Below, in pieces: positions 18,227 through 27,925 of a stretch of DNA of 64,000 bases. The stretch is from Pseudomonadota bacterium (lineage in GTDB: Bacteria > Pseudomonadota > Alphaproteobacteria > Rhodobacterales > Rhodobacteraceae): NCBI GenBank assembly GCA_038531775.1, contig JBCBBI010000016.1, forward strand, positions 8,662 through 72,661. The letters run 5' to 3'. The number at the start of each line of letters is the position of its first letter. Within the stretch, counting starts at the first letter, position 1. A model generated the notes under the pieces. The model searched no databases, was not told where the DNA came from, and saw only the letters and a program-made list of their open reading frames with translations. The translations under genes were made by a program, and so were the position numbers.

Positions 18227-18721
18227 AAATGTCTAAATGTGGGCGCTGCTTTGTTGTTTCTTGGACGGAAACATTTGGTCCCAAATGGCCCCCTTTATAC
18301 GCCTTGCTCTATCTCTGGATAAATCGAAGGTTAGACCGCTAAGCGAGCAAATCATTCGTCCTTTGATTTTTTTTGCATAGCAGCTTTGCCGCCAACCAGG
18401 AATTCGTTGACTAGGCTAGCACCCTAAGGCTCTGAAGAATATATGAATTCCGGAACAATCGTTGCCTGGGAAAAGCCTGCCTTAAAGACTAAAACAGTAA
18501 GAGAAAAAGAATTTGATTATTTCATGTTTCAAGCTGCGCAATCCGTTAGTTGAGCCAATCGAACATAAAATACGTAAGCTATGGTCCGTCTCTGCGTTTG
18601 ATCGAGAGCCTGATAATTTTCGTTGTACATCACTGGCAAGTGCTTTGGCCGCTTCCGACAACTGATTTAGGCCAAATCTCGACACCAAGTCGAAAATCCG
18701 TAAAAGCGAAGGCTATAGGAG

Positions 18722-19465
18722 ATGTTTCACATGCCGCTCTCGTTGCCATCCGATTTTGACATTGTGCAAGGCCTCGCGATAGCTCTTCTTTTTACGTCTT
18801 GGTTTTCCTACACTTTAATTCTGGCGGTGATTTCCAGCGGTTCATTAAATGAACAGCTGAACACTGTCCGCACCCAATGGCTTGCTGCGTCTTTGAAGCG
18901 CTCGCAAAAGCCTTTTGATGCAATCCTGCTTGGCAACATGGTAAACTCAATCGCGTTTTTCGGCTCGGCCACTTTGATTGTTCTGGCTGGTGTCATAACC
19001 GTATTTGCCAGCGTGCAATCGGTTTATGAAACCGTTCTGGATTTACCATTTGTTCGGCACTCTAGTTTCGAGCTTTTTGTGATCCATATGGCTGTGCTGA
19101 ACCTGACCCTAGCGATTGCGTTCTTTTCTTTCACATATGCGCTGAGAAAACTCATATACGTTCTTGCGTTGGTCGGGGCGTTGCCCGAAGGCAAATTGGA
19201 TCACGCGCAACAAATACATAGCGAAGTCATGGTAAGCAGCGCGTCCATCGTACTCACCGAAGCTTTGAAAACTTTCAACTTCGGGATCCGTGGATATTAC
19301 TATTTTGTGGCGGCTCTTGGGTTATTTATATCGCCGTATCTTTGCATCGCTCTGACATTCTTCATGACGTCGATGCTGCTCTATCGTCAGATAGCGACAG
19401 CAACCTCTCGCGCAATCAAGAAATACGTTGCAGCGACCGATGCTTATCACGAAACTCTTAAGTGA
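18722..19465 (+). CDS. DUF599-family membrane protein
   Basis: Multi-TM; R..W, LLGNMVNSIAFFGSAT, FNFGIRGYY. Confidence 0.75.
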   Translation: MFHMPLSLPSDFDIVQGLAIALLFTSWFSYTLILAVISSGSLNEQLNTVRTQWLAASLKRSQKPFDAILLGNMVNSIAFFGSATLIVLAGVITVFASVQSVYETVLDLPFVRHSSFELFVIHMAVLNLTLAIAFFSFTYALRKLIYVLALVGALPEGKLDHAQQIHSEVMVSSASIVLTEALKTFNFGIRGYYYFVAALGLFISPYLCIALTFFMTSMLLYRQIATATSRAIKKYVAATDAYHETLK

Positions 19466-19508
19466 AGCTCTTAATTGAGGCCCAGCGAAATGGATATCTG
19501 GGGTCAGA

Positions 19509-20909
19509 TCATCTGATGCAACGATGGGTTACGATGTGCAGTCTGTGTTGCATTGGGCACAAGAAAGGCATGAAGAGGTGCTCTTTCGGGCTTCGGATCA
19601 CCCGCAGGCTCAGAGCGACTGCAATTGCTGCAAAGAGCACACCGCCGACCGCTTGACCAATTAGCACACCAGGCGCCCCCCACCATGCCGCAAACACGAT
19701 AATAAATGGCCATGTGCCTACCGTATGACGCCCCCAGTTTATCCAGGTTGAATATCCGGGATGTCCAAGATTGTTAAAAGATGCGTTTGACAGGAAAATC
19801 GCGCCATTAAAGAAACTTGCCAACGCCAGTGGACCGCAGAACCAGAAAAGTAGAATTCGCGCATCCCCTTTTGCATCAAATGCGTCGGCCAAAGGCACGC
19901 GGAACACGTACAAGACAAACGCTGCAAAAACGACATATACCGCCAGAAACTTAATTCCGTCAAAATAGCTCTCGCGAACCCGATCAAGTCTGGCAGCACC
20001 GTAGTTTTGACCGATAATTGGGCCAATCGCACCGGAAAGGGCCAGGACAACGGCAAAAACCACAGGTGAAAGCCTGCCAATGACGGCCATACCTGCAACC
20101 GCCTCGGTTCCGTATTTTGCCATTTCTCGGGTGACGATTGCACTGCCCACCGGTGTCGCGACATTCGTCAAAACGGCCGGAATAGCAATGCCAACAACTT
20201 GGGAGGCATCGCGACGTAAAGTGCTCAGGCTCAGTTTGTCAAATGCGTCGTAATGTTTGATCGCAGGATAAAGTGCAAACCCCATGGTCGCGAAACGCGC
20301 AACCGCCGTTGCCCAAGCTGCACCTTCGAGGCCCCAGCTAAAACTGAAGATAAAAATGGGATCTAGAACGGCATTGATGCCGCCTCCGAGCAAGGATGGA
20401 TACATCGCCCGCTTGGCATCCCCATAGGCCCTTAGAACGGCGACGGAAACCATTGCGATACCGGAAAAAACCGTCGTCGGCAGAATGATCTTCAGGTAGG
20501 ATTTGGAAATCTCTGCGATCTCTCCTGTGGCCCCGATAAGTCCCAAGAAAAAGTCAGCATATGCAAGCATTATGACCGGCACGATGATACCAATCACGAC
20601 AGCGAAAACAGCAACGCTGGTGGCGTACTCTCTTGCCTCCTGATCCTTGCCAGCTCCAACGGCCTGAGAAACCAAAGCCGCTGCCGCAATGGACAAACCG
20701 ATGTTTATCGCACTGGCAAAAAACATAATCGTGCTTGCATATCCCGCAGACGCGGCAAGCTCTTCCACCCCTAAAAGTGAGATGAAGAACAAGTCGATCA
20801 AGTCCACAGCGAAAACCGCCATTAAACCGATGCTAGCCATGAGTGACATCGACGATACGTGCCACATCAGGTTGCCGTGGATAAATTTTGCTTCAGCCGT
20901 ATGCGCCAA
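19509..20909 (-). CDS. MATE family efflux transporter
   Basis: About 12 TM segments; D..F...LG, LRAYGDAKRAM, NAVLDPIFIF, GLEGAAWAT. Confidence 0.9.
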   Translation of the reverse strand: MAHTAEAKFIHGNLMWHVSSMSLMASIGLMAVFAVDLIDLFFISLLGVEELAASAGYASTIMFFASAINIGLSIAAAALVSQAVGAGKDQEAREYATSVAVFAVVIGIIVPVIMLAYADFFLGLIGATGEIAEISKSYLKIILPTTVFSGIAMVSVAVLRAYGDAKRAMYPSLLGGGINAVLDPIFIFSFSWGLEGAAWATAVARFATMGFALYPAIKHYDAFDKLSLSTLRRDASQVVGIAIPAVLTNVATPVGSAIVTREMAKYGTEAVAGMAVIGRLSPVVFAVVLALSGAIGPIIGQNYGAARLDRVRESYFDGIKFLAVYVVFAAFVLYVFRVPLADAFDAKGDARILLFWFCGPLALASFFNGAIFLSNASFNNLGHPGYSTWINWGRHTVGTWPFIIVFAAWWGAPGVLIGQAVGGVLFAAIAVALSLRVIRSPKEHLFMPFLCPMQHRLHIVTHRCIR

Positions 20910-21110
20910 TTATCAAATCCTTCCTGTCGTTTTCCCAAAGACAGAATTCACAGTGGGATTTGGAAATAGCGCATGTCACATCGTTTTGGAAATGCACAAA
21001 GCTTATGCGATATTCGCACATATAATTTTCAAAAAAATAGTAGGACTGTTGCCAGCGGTTAATAGACCGACTTCTTGACGTACGTCGCGCACATTCTCAT
21101 TGAACCTAAC

Positions 21111-22117
21111 ATGCACCCGAAACTCCAAATCGTAACTCACCCCACACCTCTGGAAAAAAACGGTTACCTTTCTCGCCATTTGGGAATCGATCTCTACGTA
21201 AAAAGAGACGACCTCGCCGGCCCCACATTCGGGGGCAATAAATCCCGGCAGCTTGAGTATTACTTTGGCGCCGCAAAAGCGGAAAAAGCCGATACCATTC
21301 TGATAACAGGAGCGGTGCAGTCAAATTTCGCACGTCTCGCGGCCGCAGTTGCAAACAAGAATGGCATGCAGGCCATCGTACAACTCGAAGATCGGGTAAA
21401 AGGAAAACCCAATCAATATAAAGCATCGGGGAACGTGCTTTTGAGCGGTATCCTTGGGGCTGAAATCATCCACTATCCAGAAGGCGAGGACGAAGAAGGG
21501 GCCGACGCAGCTTTACGCCAAAAGGCGGAGACTTTAGCGGCTGAAGGCAGGCGTCCCTACATCATCCATCTATCGGAGCAGCATCCGCCACTCGGCGCCT
21601 TGGGATATGTAGATGCGGCTAATGAAGTCTTGGAACAATCTGACGATTTTGATTTCTACGTGGTTGCCTCTGGTAGCGGGTCCACCCATGCCGGGTTACT
21701 GGCCGGTCTTCGCGCGGTCGGATCAAAAGCCATAGCCATAGGTAGTTGTGTCAGACGACCTGCTGCTCAACAAGGCCCGCGCATTCGACGGGTCATCGAT
21801 AGGCTGACCTTACTTTTTCCCGATGCAAAAGCCGTCTCAGACAACGACATTGTGGTTTGGGACCGCGCGTTGGCACCAGGTTACGGAAACCTTGGCGAAA
21901 ATAGCCTGAACGCAATCAAACTGATGGCCCGCATGGAGGGGCTACACCTCGATCCGGTCTACACCTCGATCCGGTCTACACAGCTAAAAGCTTTGCGGCT
22001 GTCATGACCCTGGTAGAAACCGGGGAAATCCCAAAAGGCAGCCGGGTCTGTTTTGTGCACACCGGTGGATTGGCAGCCCTATTCGCCTATCAACAGGATA
22101 TTGAGGGTAGCTTCTAA
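21111..22117 (+). pseudogene. D-cysteine desulfhydrase / ACC deaminase family PLP enzyme, frameshifted near the 3' end
   Basis: HPTPLE, KRDD, GGNKSRQ, QSNFAR, ASGSGSTHAG; removing one 17-bp repeat copy restores LDPVYTAKSFAA...FVHTGGLAALFAY ending at TAA 22115-22117. Confidence 0.85.
21942..21981 (+). repeat. Exact 17-bp tandem duplication CTACACCTCGATCCGGT x2, followed by CTACAC
   Basis: Read directly: 21942-21958 equals 21959-21975. Confidence 0.95.
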
Positions 22118-23061
22118 ACCAAACGTTCAAACCTTGGATTGAAGCCAGCATCGTTAAGCAAATCGATTACTTCTTCCTGCCAAGCCTGCAAAATGTTCTT
22201 GGCTACCACCGAAGTCGGACGGTATCGCGGCGAAAAGATCGCGTAATGGTACCTCACCGGGTCGATCATAGGACGTACGGTGACCCCTTCGACCATCGGC
22301 TTGCTGGCCTCTATGAAAAAGTGTGAGAGAGGGTCAAGCATCGAGCAGCACTGGTTTGCTGCAACAAATTGAAGCAAAGGCAAAAAAGTCTGGCTCTCAA
22401 CGGTTGGTTTGTACGCTATGCCTGATGCGGCAAACCGGTTGGCCAAGTCAACGGAATGACGGTGGGATGCTGGCAGAGATCCCATTGGCTCATTGTCAAG
22501 ATCTTCGAAGGAGATTCTCGTTTTGCTAGTTAGTGGATGGTTTGCAGGTAGTGCAATTGGGCAATCAGCACTGATTACGACCGTTTGATATAGATTTTCA
22601 TCCATTTCACCGTCAGGTGCGTCAGCAAAGCCGAAATCTATCGATTGTGCACGGGTTAATTCAAGGATTTGCTTGGAAGTCCGTGCTTGAATCGAAATAG
22701 ATATATCTTTCAATCCGCTTACTCTTTCCGCAACGAACTTTGGAAAGACCATCGAAACCGGGCCCGGCATGGCGGCCACCTTTAAGGACCCGGCTTGGCC
22801 ATCCGACAAGCTCCTCATCGTCTGACGCACGCGGTTCATTTGCGAAAGGATTGCGTCTGCCTCTGCCAATAAATACTGCGCTTCCGGCACTGGGATGAGC
22901 TTTCGGCCGCGTCTCTCAAAAAGCTGCAAACCAAGTTGATCTTCCAGTCCTTTGATCGCCGCGCTTACCGCTGGCTGCGTGCGGCCGAGCTTATTGGCCG
23001 CATCCGAAAGCGAAGCCGACGTCATAACCGCCTGAAATGTCGAGATCTGATTAAAGTTCAT
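22114..23061 (-). CDS. LysR family transcriptional regulator
   Basis: HTH SLSDAANKLGRTQPAVSAAIKGLEDQLG..LFER; divergent from the TAXI gene. Confidence 0.92.
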   Translation of the reverse strand: MNFNQISTFQAVMTSASLSDAANKLGRTQPAVSAAIKGLEDQLGLQLFERRGRKLIPVPEAQYLLAEADAILSQMNRVRQTMRSLSDGQAGSLKVAAMPGPVSMVFPKFVAERVSGLKDISISIQARTSKQILELTRAQSIDFGFADAPDGEMDENLYQTVVISADCPIALPANHPLTSKTRISFEDLDNEPMGSLPASHRHSVDLANRFAASGIAYKPTVESQTFLPLLQFVAANQCCSMLDPLSHFFIEASKPMVEGVTVRPMIDPVRYHYAIFSPRYRPTSVVAKNILQAWQEEVIDLLNDAGFNPRFERLV

Positions 23062-23071
23062 AATCCGAAAT

Positions 23072-23086
23072 ATAAACAAAATCTAT
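23072..23086. promoter_or_regulatory. Possible LysR box (ATA-N9-TAT, T-N11-A)
   Basis: ATAAACAAAATCTAT just upstream of the LysR start in the divergent intergenic region. Confidence 0.3.
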
Positions 23087-23181
23087 GGAAATGCAGAATA
23101 ATAAAATTGGTATTTATTTTTTTCGCTAGCTACGCTCTCACCATGACTCGCTTATCGAAGTCTGCTCAAAGGGAGTGCAAT

Positions 23182-24192
23182 ATGAACAAAATTTCAAAAA
23201 TTATGGCCCTTGCCACAGCTGCAACGCTTGCAGCTGGTACGGCCTTTTCTGCCGATCCTACTTTCTTCCGTATCGGAACAGGAAGTGCTGGCGGCACCTA
23301 TTTCCCCATCGGCGGGACAATCGCCAACGGCATCTCTGCCCCTCCAGGGTCGCGTCCTTGCGACGAAGGCGGACAATGCGGGGTGCCCGGTCTGATTGCC
23401 ATTGCTCAATCAACCACCGCCTCGGTTTTCAACAACACGGCCGTGCAAAACGGTGAGCTTGAGGCCGGAATGGCCGCAGCTGATGTGACCCGTTCCATGT
23501 TCTTGGGCGAAGGAAAGTTTGACGGCAAACCACATGAAAAACTGCGGATTGTGGCCAACCTTTATCCTGAGGATCTGCATCTGGTGCTGCCAAAAGGCGC
23601 GAGTGTTTCCAGCTTGTCTGACCTTGAAGGTAAGCGCGTGGGCATTGCTCAAGCCGGATCGGGTACGCAGGTTGCCGTTGAAATGATGCTAGGCCAATGG
23701 GGCGTTACCCGCGATAACATGGATGAAGCAGAGCTTAACAACAGCCAATCCGCCGAACGCCTCGCTGATGGTCAGCTTGATGCGTACTTCTATGCTGCGG
23801 GTTGGCCAGTATCCGCCATGGTACAGCTTGCCACAACCAAAGGCATGGAGCTACACAGCTTTACCGATGAGGATCTGGCAAAGATCAACGAGATCATCCC
23901 GGCCTACATTCCGTCGCAGATTCCTGCAGGTGTTTATGAAGGCGTAGACTATGACGTGAAAACACCGGCGGTCTCGGCGCTTCTTGTGGTATCTTCAGAC
24001 CTCTCGGAAGGACTGGTCTACGGCATCACAGCCGCGTTGTGGAACGACAACACGCGCAAACTGCTCGACAATGGCCACGCCAAAGGCAAGCAGATTACGC
24101 CTGATACAGCGCTTGACGGAGTTGCAGCACTCGGCGTTCCACTTCATGCAGGTGCGGAGAAATTTTATAAAGAAGCGGGTCTTCTTGAGTAA
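23182..24192 (+). CDS. TAXI-family TRAP transporter solute-binding protein
   Basis: Signal peptide; IGTGSAGGTYFPIG, NLYPEDLHLV, PLHAGAEKFYKE; GGGAG RBS before ATG 23182. Confidence 0.92.
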   Translation: MNKISKIMALATAATLAAGTAFSADPTFFRIGTGSAGGTYFPIGGTIANGISAPPGSRPCDEGGQCGVPGLIAIAQSTTASVFNNTAVQNGELEAGMAAADVTRSMFLGEGKFDGKPHEKLRIVANLYPEDLHLVLPKGASVSSLSDLEGKRVGIAQAGSGTQVAVEMMLGQWGVTRDNMDEAELNNSQSAERLADGQLDAYFYAAGWPVSAMVQLATTKGMELHSFTDEDLAKINEIIPAYIPSQIPAGVYEGVDYDVKTPAVSALLVVSSDLSEGLVYGITAALWNDNTRKLLDNGHAKGKQITPDTALDGVAALGVPLHAGAEKFYKEAGLLE

Positions 24193-24272
24193 CTTCGACA
24201 TTTAGAACCGGGCGGCTCTGGTCGCCCGTTTGCGTTGTTCCAACCGAACTTTCCGAACTAAAGGGGATAGCC

Positions 24273-26486
24273 ATGAGCGATCCGCGATCAGAAGAGGTGC
24301 GCGAGCTTACCGAAGAGGAACTCGCAGCGATCGAAGAAAAATATGACGAGGGTGCCGCTACTAGATCAGTGACACCAGCGTTTGGAAAGTTCCTACGCTA
24401 CATCGCGCTAACCTTTGCCATCTACCACTACCTCACGGCAGGTTTCGCTCTCCCGCCAGACTACTGGCATATGGGTTGGCACCTATCGGGCCTTTTTATT
24501 CTTACCTATTCCTTTTATCCGCTGGTCAAAACCAAGACATCCTTTGATCTGAATACAGGCGCACTACGCCTAGGAGGCGTGCCCTATCTTGACGTCATCC
24601 TAATGATCCTGGGCGTTATGTCCGCGCTGTATCTCGGTTTCGCGTGGCGCGGGATCGAATGGTTGGGCGTCGAGGAGATGACCTTTCGCATGGGGAACCC
24701 AAATGGCTGGGACATGCTTTTTGGCTGTATTCTTATCGTCCTTGTTCTGGACATCGCACGGCGAACGCTTGGTTGGATCCTGCCGCTTATCATTAGTATA
24801 TTTATCTCTTATGCATTGTTTGGACCTGTCTTCCCCGGGCTACTTCAGCATCCTGGTGTCAAGTTTAATACTTTCGTTTCATCAATGTATTTCCCTCAGG
24901 AAGGCATCTTTGGCGTGACGCTCTGGGTGGTCTCGACCATCGTGTTTCATTTCGTTCTCTTTGGCGTCATTGCGCAGCGCACGGGCCTGGGACAGCTCTT
25001 TATTGATAACGCCACGATCCTTGCTGGCCGCTATACAGGTGGCCCAGCAAAGGTCTCGGTCGTCTCTTCGGCCTTCTTTGGCACGATTTCCGGCTCCTCG
25101 GTGGCCAATACAGTGTCCACCGGCGCATTAACGATCCCAAATATGAAGCGCCTTGGTTATCCGGGTCACTTCGCTGGCGGTGTTGAGGCTGCGGCATCAG
25201 CTGGTGGGCAGATCACCCCGCCAATCATGGGCGCGGCCGCATTCATTATGGCCGAGTTCCTGGAGGTGCCCTACACCACGATCGTCATCGCCGCGATTTT
25301 TCCAGCGCTCCTGCACTATGTAGGTGTGTTCACCGTCGTGCACCTGATGGCCCGCCGCCTTGGCCTGAAAGGTTTGAGCCGCGACGCGCTTCCACAGCTT
25401 GGTGCAGTATGGCGAGACGGTTGGGCTAACATCGTCCCGCTCGTCGGTCTGCTTGTCGTTCTGTTCTCTGGCTATACGCCATACATGTCGGCCTTCTGCG
25501 GCATCTCACTGGCAATCATCGCGGGCATGGCGCGCCTGAAAGATCCAGTCACGCTTGTCTATGCGGCCGCCTTCATTTCCTTTGTCGTGTGGAAATACAC
25601 AGGTGGTGGATTTGATTTGGTGATGTCGTGTATTCTGATCGCTGGCGCTATGCTGGCCACCTTGAACCCACAGCGCCGCGTTTCGCTTCAAGAGATGGCT
25701 GATACCTTTGAAACCGGCGTCAAATACGCGTTGGCAGTAGGTGCTGCATCCGCTGCTGTGGGCATTGTCATTGGCGTGATCAACACAACGGGTGTGGGTT
25801 TCCGCATCGGCTTTATGGTGACGCAAGCGGCGTCAAACCTCGGGACTGATCTGATCTGGCTGTTTCAGTTCGGCGCCTATGAACTTTTCACTGTTGAAGA
25901 CCTGACGCTTTTCATCAGTCTCGTCTTCATCGCTTTGGCTTGTATCCTGATGGGCGCGGGCGTGCCGACAACGGCTCTTTACATCATGCTCGTCTCGGTT
26001 GCTCAACCCGCCCTGGCACAACTTGGCATTCCGCCGATCGCCAGCCATATGTTTGTGCTTTACTACGGTGTCGTTGCCGAGATCACGCCGCCTGTCTGCA
26101 CCTCCGCTTACGCAGCGGCAGCAATTGCAAATTCAAACCCTTTCCGCACTGGCATTTCCGCCTTCACACTAGGCCTTGGGAAGGTGGTCGCACCGATGGC
26201 CTTTGTCTACGCACCGGTGCTGCTCTTTGTCTCTTCGACAGGGTTTGATCTTTGGGAATTTAGCTATACCGCAGCAAGCTGTATCGCGGGCGTGATAGCA
26301 CTTTCAGCTTCTGTTGTCGGCTATTGGCTTGCACCAATGGGCTCCATCTTCCGGATATTGATGGCAATCGCCGGGCTAATCTTCATTGCACCTTCGCTTC
26401 AGGCAGATCTCGTTGCACTAATTATTGCCGCGCCAGCGATCCTTAGCCAGTTTGCGGCACGGCGCGGCACAAATGCCACCGCCTGA
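24273..26486 (+). CDS. TRAP transporter fused 4TM/12TM permease
   Basis: GGPAKVSVVSS, GTISGSSVAN, AASAGGQITPPIMGAAAF, AEITPPVC. Confidence 0.92.
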   Translation: MSDPRSEEVRELTEEELAAIEEKYDEGAATRSVTPAFGKFLRYIALTFAIYHYLTAGFALPPDYWHMGWHLSGLFILTYSFYPLVKTKTSFDLNTGALRLGGVPYLDVILMILGVMSALYLGFAWRGIEWLGVEEMTFRMGNPNGWDMLFGCILIVLVLDIARRTLGWILPLIISIFISYALFGPVFPGLLQHPGVKFNTFVSSMYFPQEGIFGVTLWVVSTIVFHFVLFGVIAQRTGLGQLFIDNATILAGRYTGGPAKVSVVSSAFFGTISGSSVANTVSTGALTIPNMKRLGYPGHFAGGVEAAASAGGQITPPIMGAAAFIMAEFLEVPYTTIVIAAIFPALLHYVGVFTVVHLMARRLGLKGLSRDALPQLGAVWRDGWANIVPLVGLLVVLFSGYTPYMSAFCGISLAIIAGMARLKDPVTLVYAAAFISFVVWKYTGGGFDLVMSCILIAGAMLATLNPQRRVSLQEMADTFETGVKYALAVGAASAAVGIVIGVINTTGVGFRIGFMVTQAASNLGTDLIWLFQFGAYELFTVEDLTLFISLVFIALACILMGAGVPTTALYIMLVSVAQPALAQLGIPPIASHMFVLYYGVVAEITPPVCTSAYAAAAIANSNPFRTGISAFTLGLGKVVAPMAFVYAPVLLFVSSTGFDLWEFSYTAASCIAGVIALSASVVGYWLAPMGSIFRILMAIAGLIFIAPSLQADLVALIIAAPAILSQFAARRGTNATA

Positions 26487-27717
26487 GCCCAGCCCTCCGG
26501 TCACGATCCTTGGCGCCGGGATCGTTGGCATATGTACCGCGCTTTCACTGCTGGAGCGTGGGGTGGATGTCACTTTGGTGGATAGGGGCGAACCCGGGCA
26601 AGAAACATCTATGGGAAACGCCGGTGTCGTCTCACCCTGGTCGATAATCCCGCAATCCCTGCCCGGCACTTGGCGGAAAATCCCGAGACTTCTGTTTGGA
26701 TACGGCCGTCCGCTTTCCATCCATCCGAAAGGCGCGTTAAAAATGATCCCATGGGGTGTGCAGTTCCTTCGCATGGGTCAGGAGACACAAGTCCGAAAGA
26801 CGGCTGAAGCAATGTCCTTTCTATGCGGGCCCTCTATCGAGCTTTACCAAAAGCACCTGAGCGGAACCGGGCATGAAGGGCTCATTGCCCAAAGCATGTA
26901 TGTACATGCCTTCCGGGACGGAAGCCGCGCGACGATGAGTGATCTGGAATACCAGATACGCTCGGATTTGGGAGCAGATGCAGAATTGGTTGGCAAAGAC
27001 CGTCTAGCGGAAATTGAGCCGGCGTTGAGCCCAGATTTCAATGCGGCAATTCTCATCAAGGATCAGGCGCGCATGCGATCACCTGGAACACTGGGGCGCG
27101 TTCTGGCTAAGAAAGCAGTGGGATTAGGTGCCAAGTTCCGGAATGCAGTCATTGAAAAAATTACACGAAATGAGATGGGCTGGTCCATTCAGTGCGATCG
27201 GGAAATTTTGAAATCAAAACGTGTCGTGATTTGTTTGGGCGCTTGGAGCGCAGGTTTGCTTGATGAAAAGATACCGCTCATGGCTGAGCGTGGCTATCAT
27301 GTTGAGTTCGCTGATCCGGGGATTGAGATTTACAATTCAGTTATGGATGTCGATGCGAAAGTCGTCGCCAGTAGTATGGAAGACGGCGTTCGCGTTGCTG
27401 GACAAGCTGAATTTGCGCCTGTTGACGCCCCACCCAATGAGCGTCGCAAACATCAATTGAGCCAAATAGCTCAAAGAGCTTTCCCCGATCTTCACACCGG
27501 CAAGACTTCCTTTTGGATGGGCCGGAGGCCGTCCTTTCCCGATAGCCTTCCGGTATTGGGCCAGGCATCGCAACAAGATGGTCTTTTTCTTAACTTTGGT
27601 CACTCGCATTACGGTTTGATGATGGCCCCGAAATCAGGCGAAGTTCTTGCCCAAACTCTATGTGGAGAACACGTCAATCACAGCCTGGAAGCCTTCTCCG
27701 ACACTCGTTTTCAGTGA
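26473..27717 (+). CDS. FAD-dependent oxidoreductase, DadA / D-amino acid oxidase family
   Basis: GAGIVG, TSMGNAG, ERGYH, WMGRRP, FGHSHYGL. Confidence 0.85.
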   Translation: MPPPEPSPPVTILGAGIVGICTALSLLERGVDVTLVDRGEPGQETSMGNAGVVSPWSIIPQSLPGTWRKIPRLLFGYGRPLSIHPKGALKMIPWGVQFLRMGQETQVRKTAEAMSFLCGPSIELYQKHLSGTGHEGLIAQSMYVHAFRDGSRATMSDLEYQIRSDLGADAELVGKDRLAEIEPALSPDFNAAILIKDQARMRSPGTLGRVLAKKAVGLGAKFRNAVIEKITRNEMGWSIQCDREILKSKRVVICLGAWSAGLLDEKIPLMAERGYHVEFADPGIEIYNSVMDVDAKVVASSMEDGVRVAGQAEFAPVDAPPNERRKHQLSQIAQRAFPDLHTGKTSFWMGRRPSFPDSLPVLGQASQQDGLFLNFGHSHYGLMMAPKSGEVLAQTLCGEHVNHSLEAFSDTRFQ

Positions 27718-27925
27718 CTGACCGATTTACGGATTGCAGTCTTGAAAGACAAAGGTTCTTTCCCAAAACCTTGCCTTACAAACGAGGCGTTTCAGACAAT
27801 GAGTGCCATTTTCTTTGTTAAAGGTTGAGAAGAAGAAAATTCTGATACTATTGATTTTTATTTAAAATTCAGACTTGTACCGTATTTTCGATGCGGCGTA
27901 GACGGCAAGGCTTTTAGTAGTCTTC

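Noticed and set aside
21075-22007. Complete 310-aa desulfhydrase as given in the ORF track
   Set aside because: Its last residues (SIRSTQLKALRLS) are out-of-frame product of the 17-bp duplication
22936-23181. N-terminal extension of the TAXI ORF
   Set aside because: Overlaps the LysR gene; RBS and signal peptide point to ATG 23182
27718-27925. AT-rich gap with TTGAT-TTTT-ATTTA (FNR-like)
   Set aside because: Two mismatches in one half-site, and it lies between convergent genes with nothing to regulate
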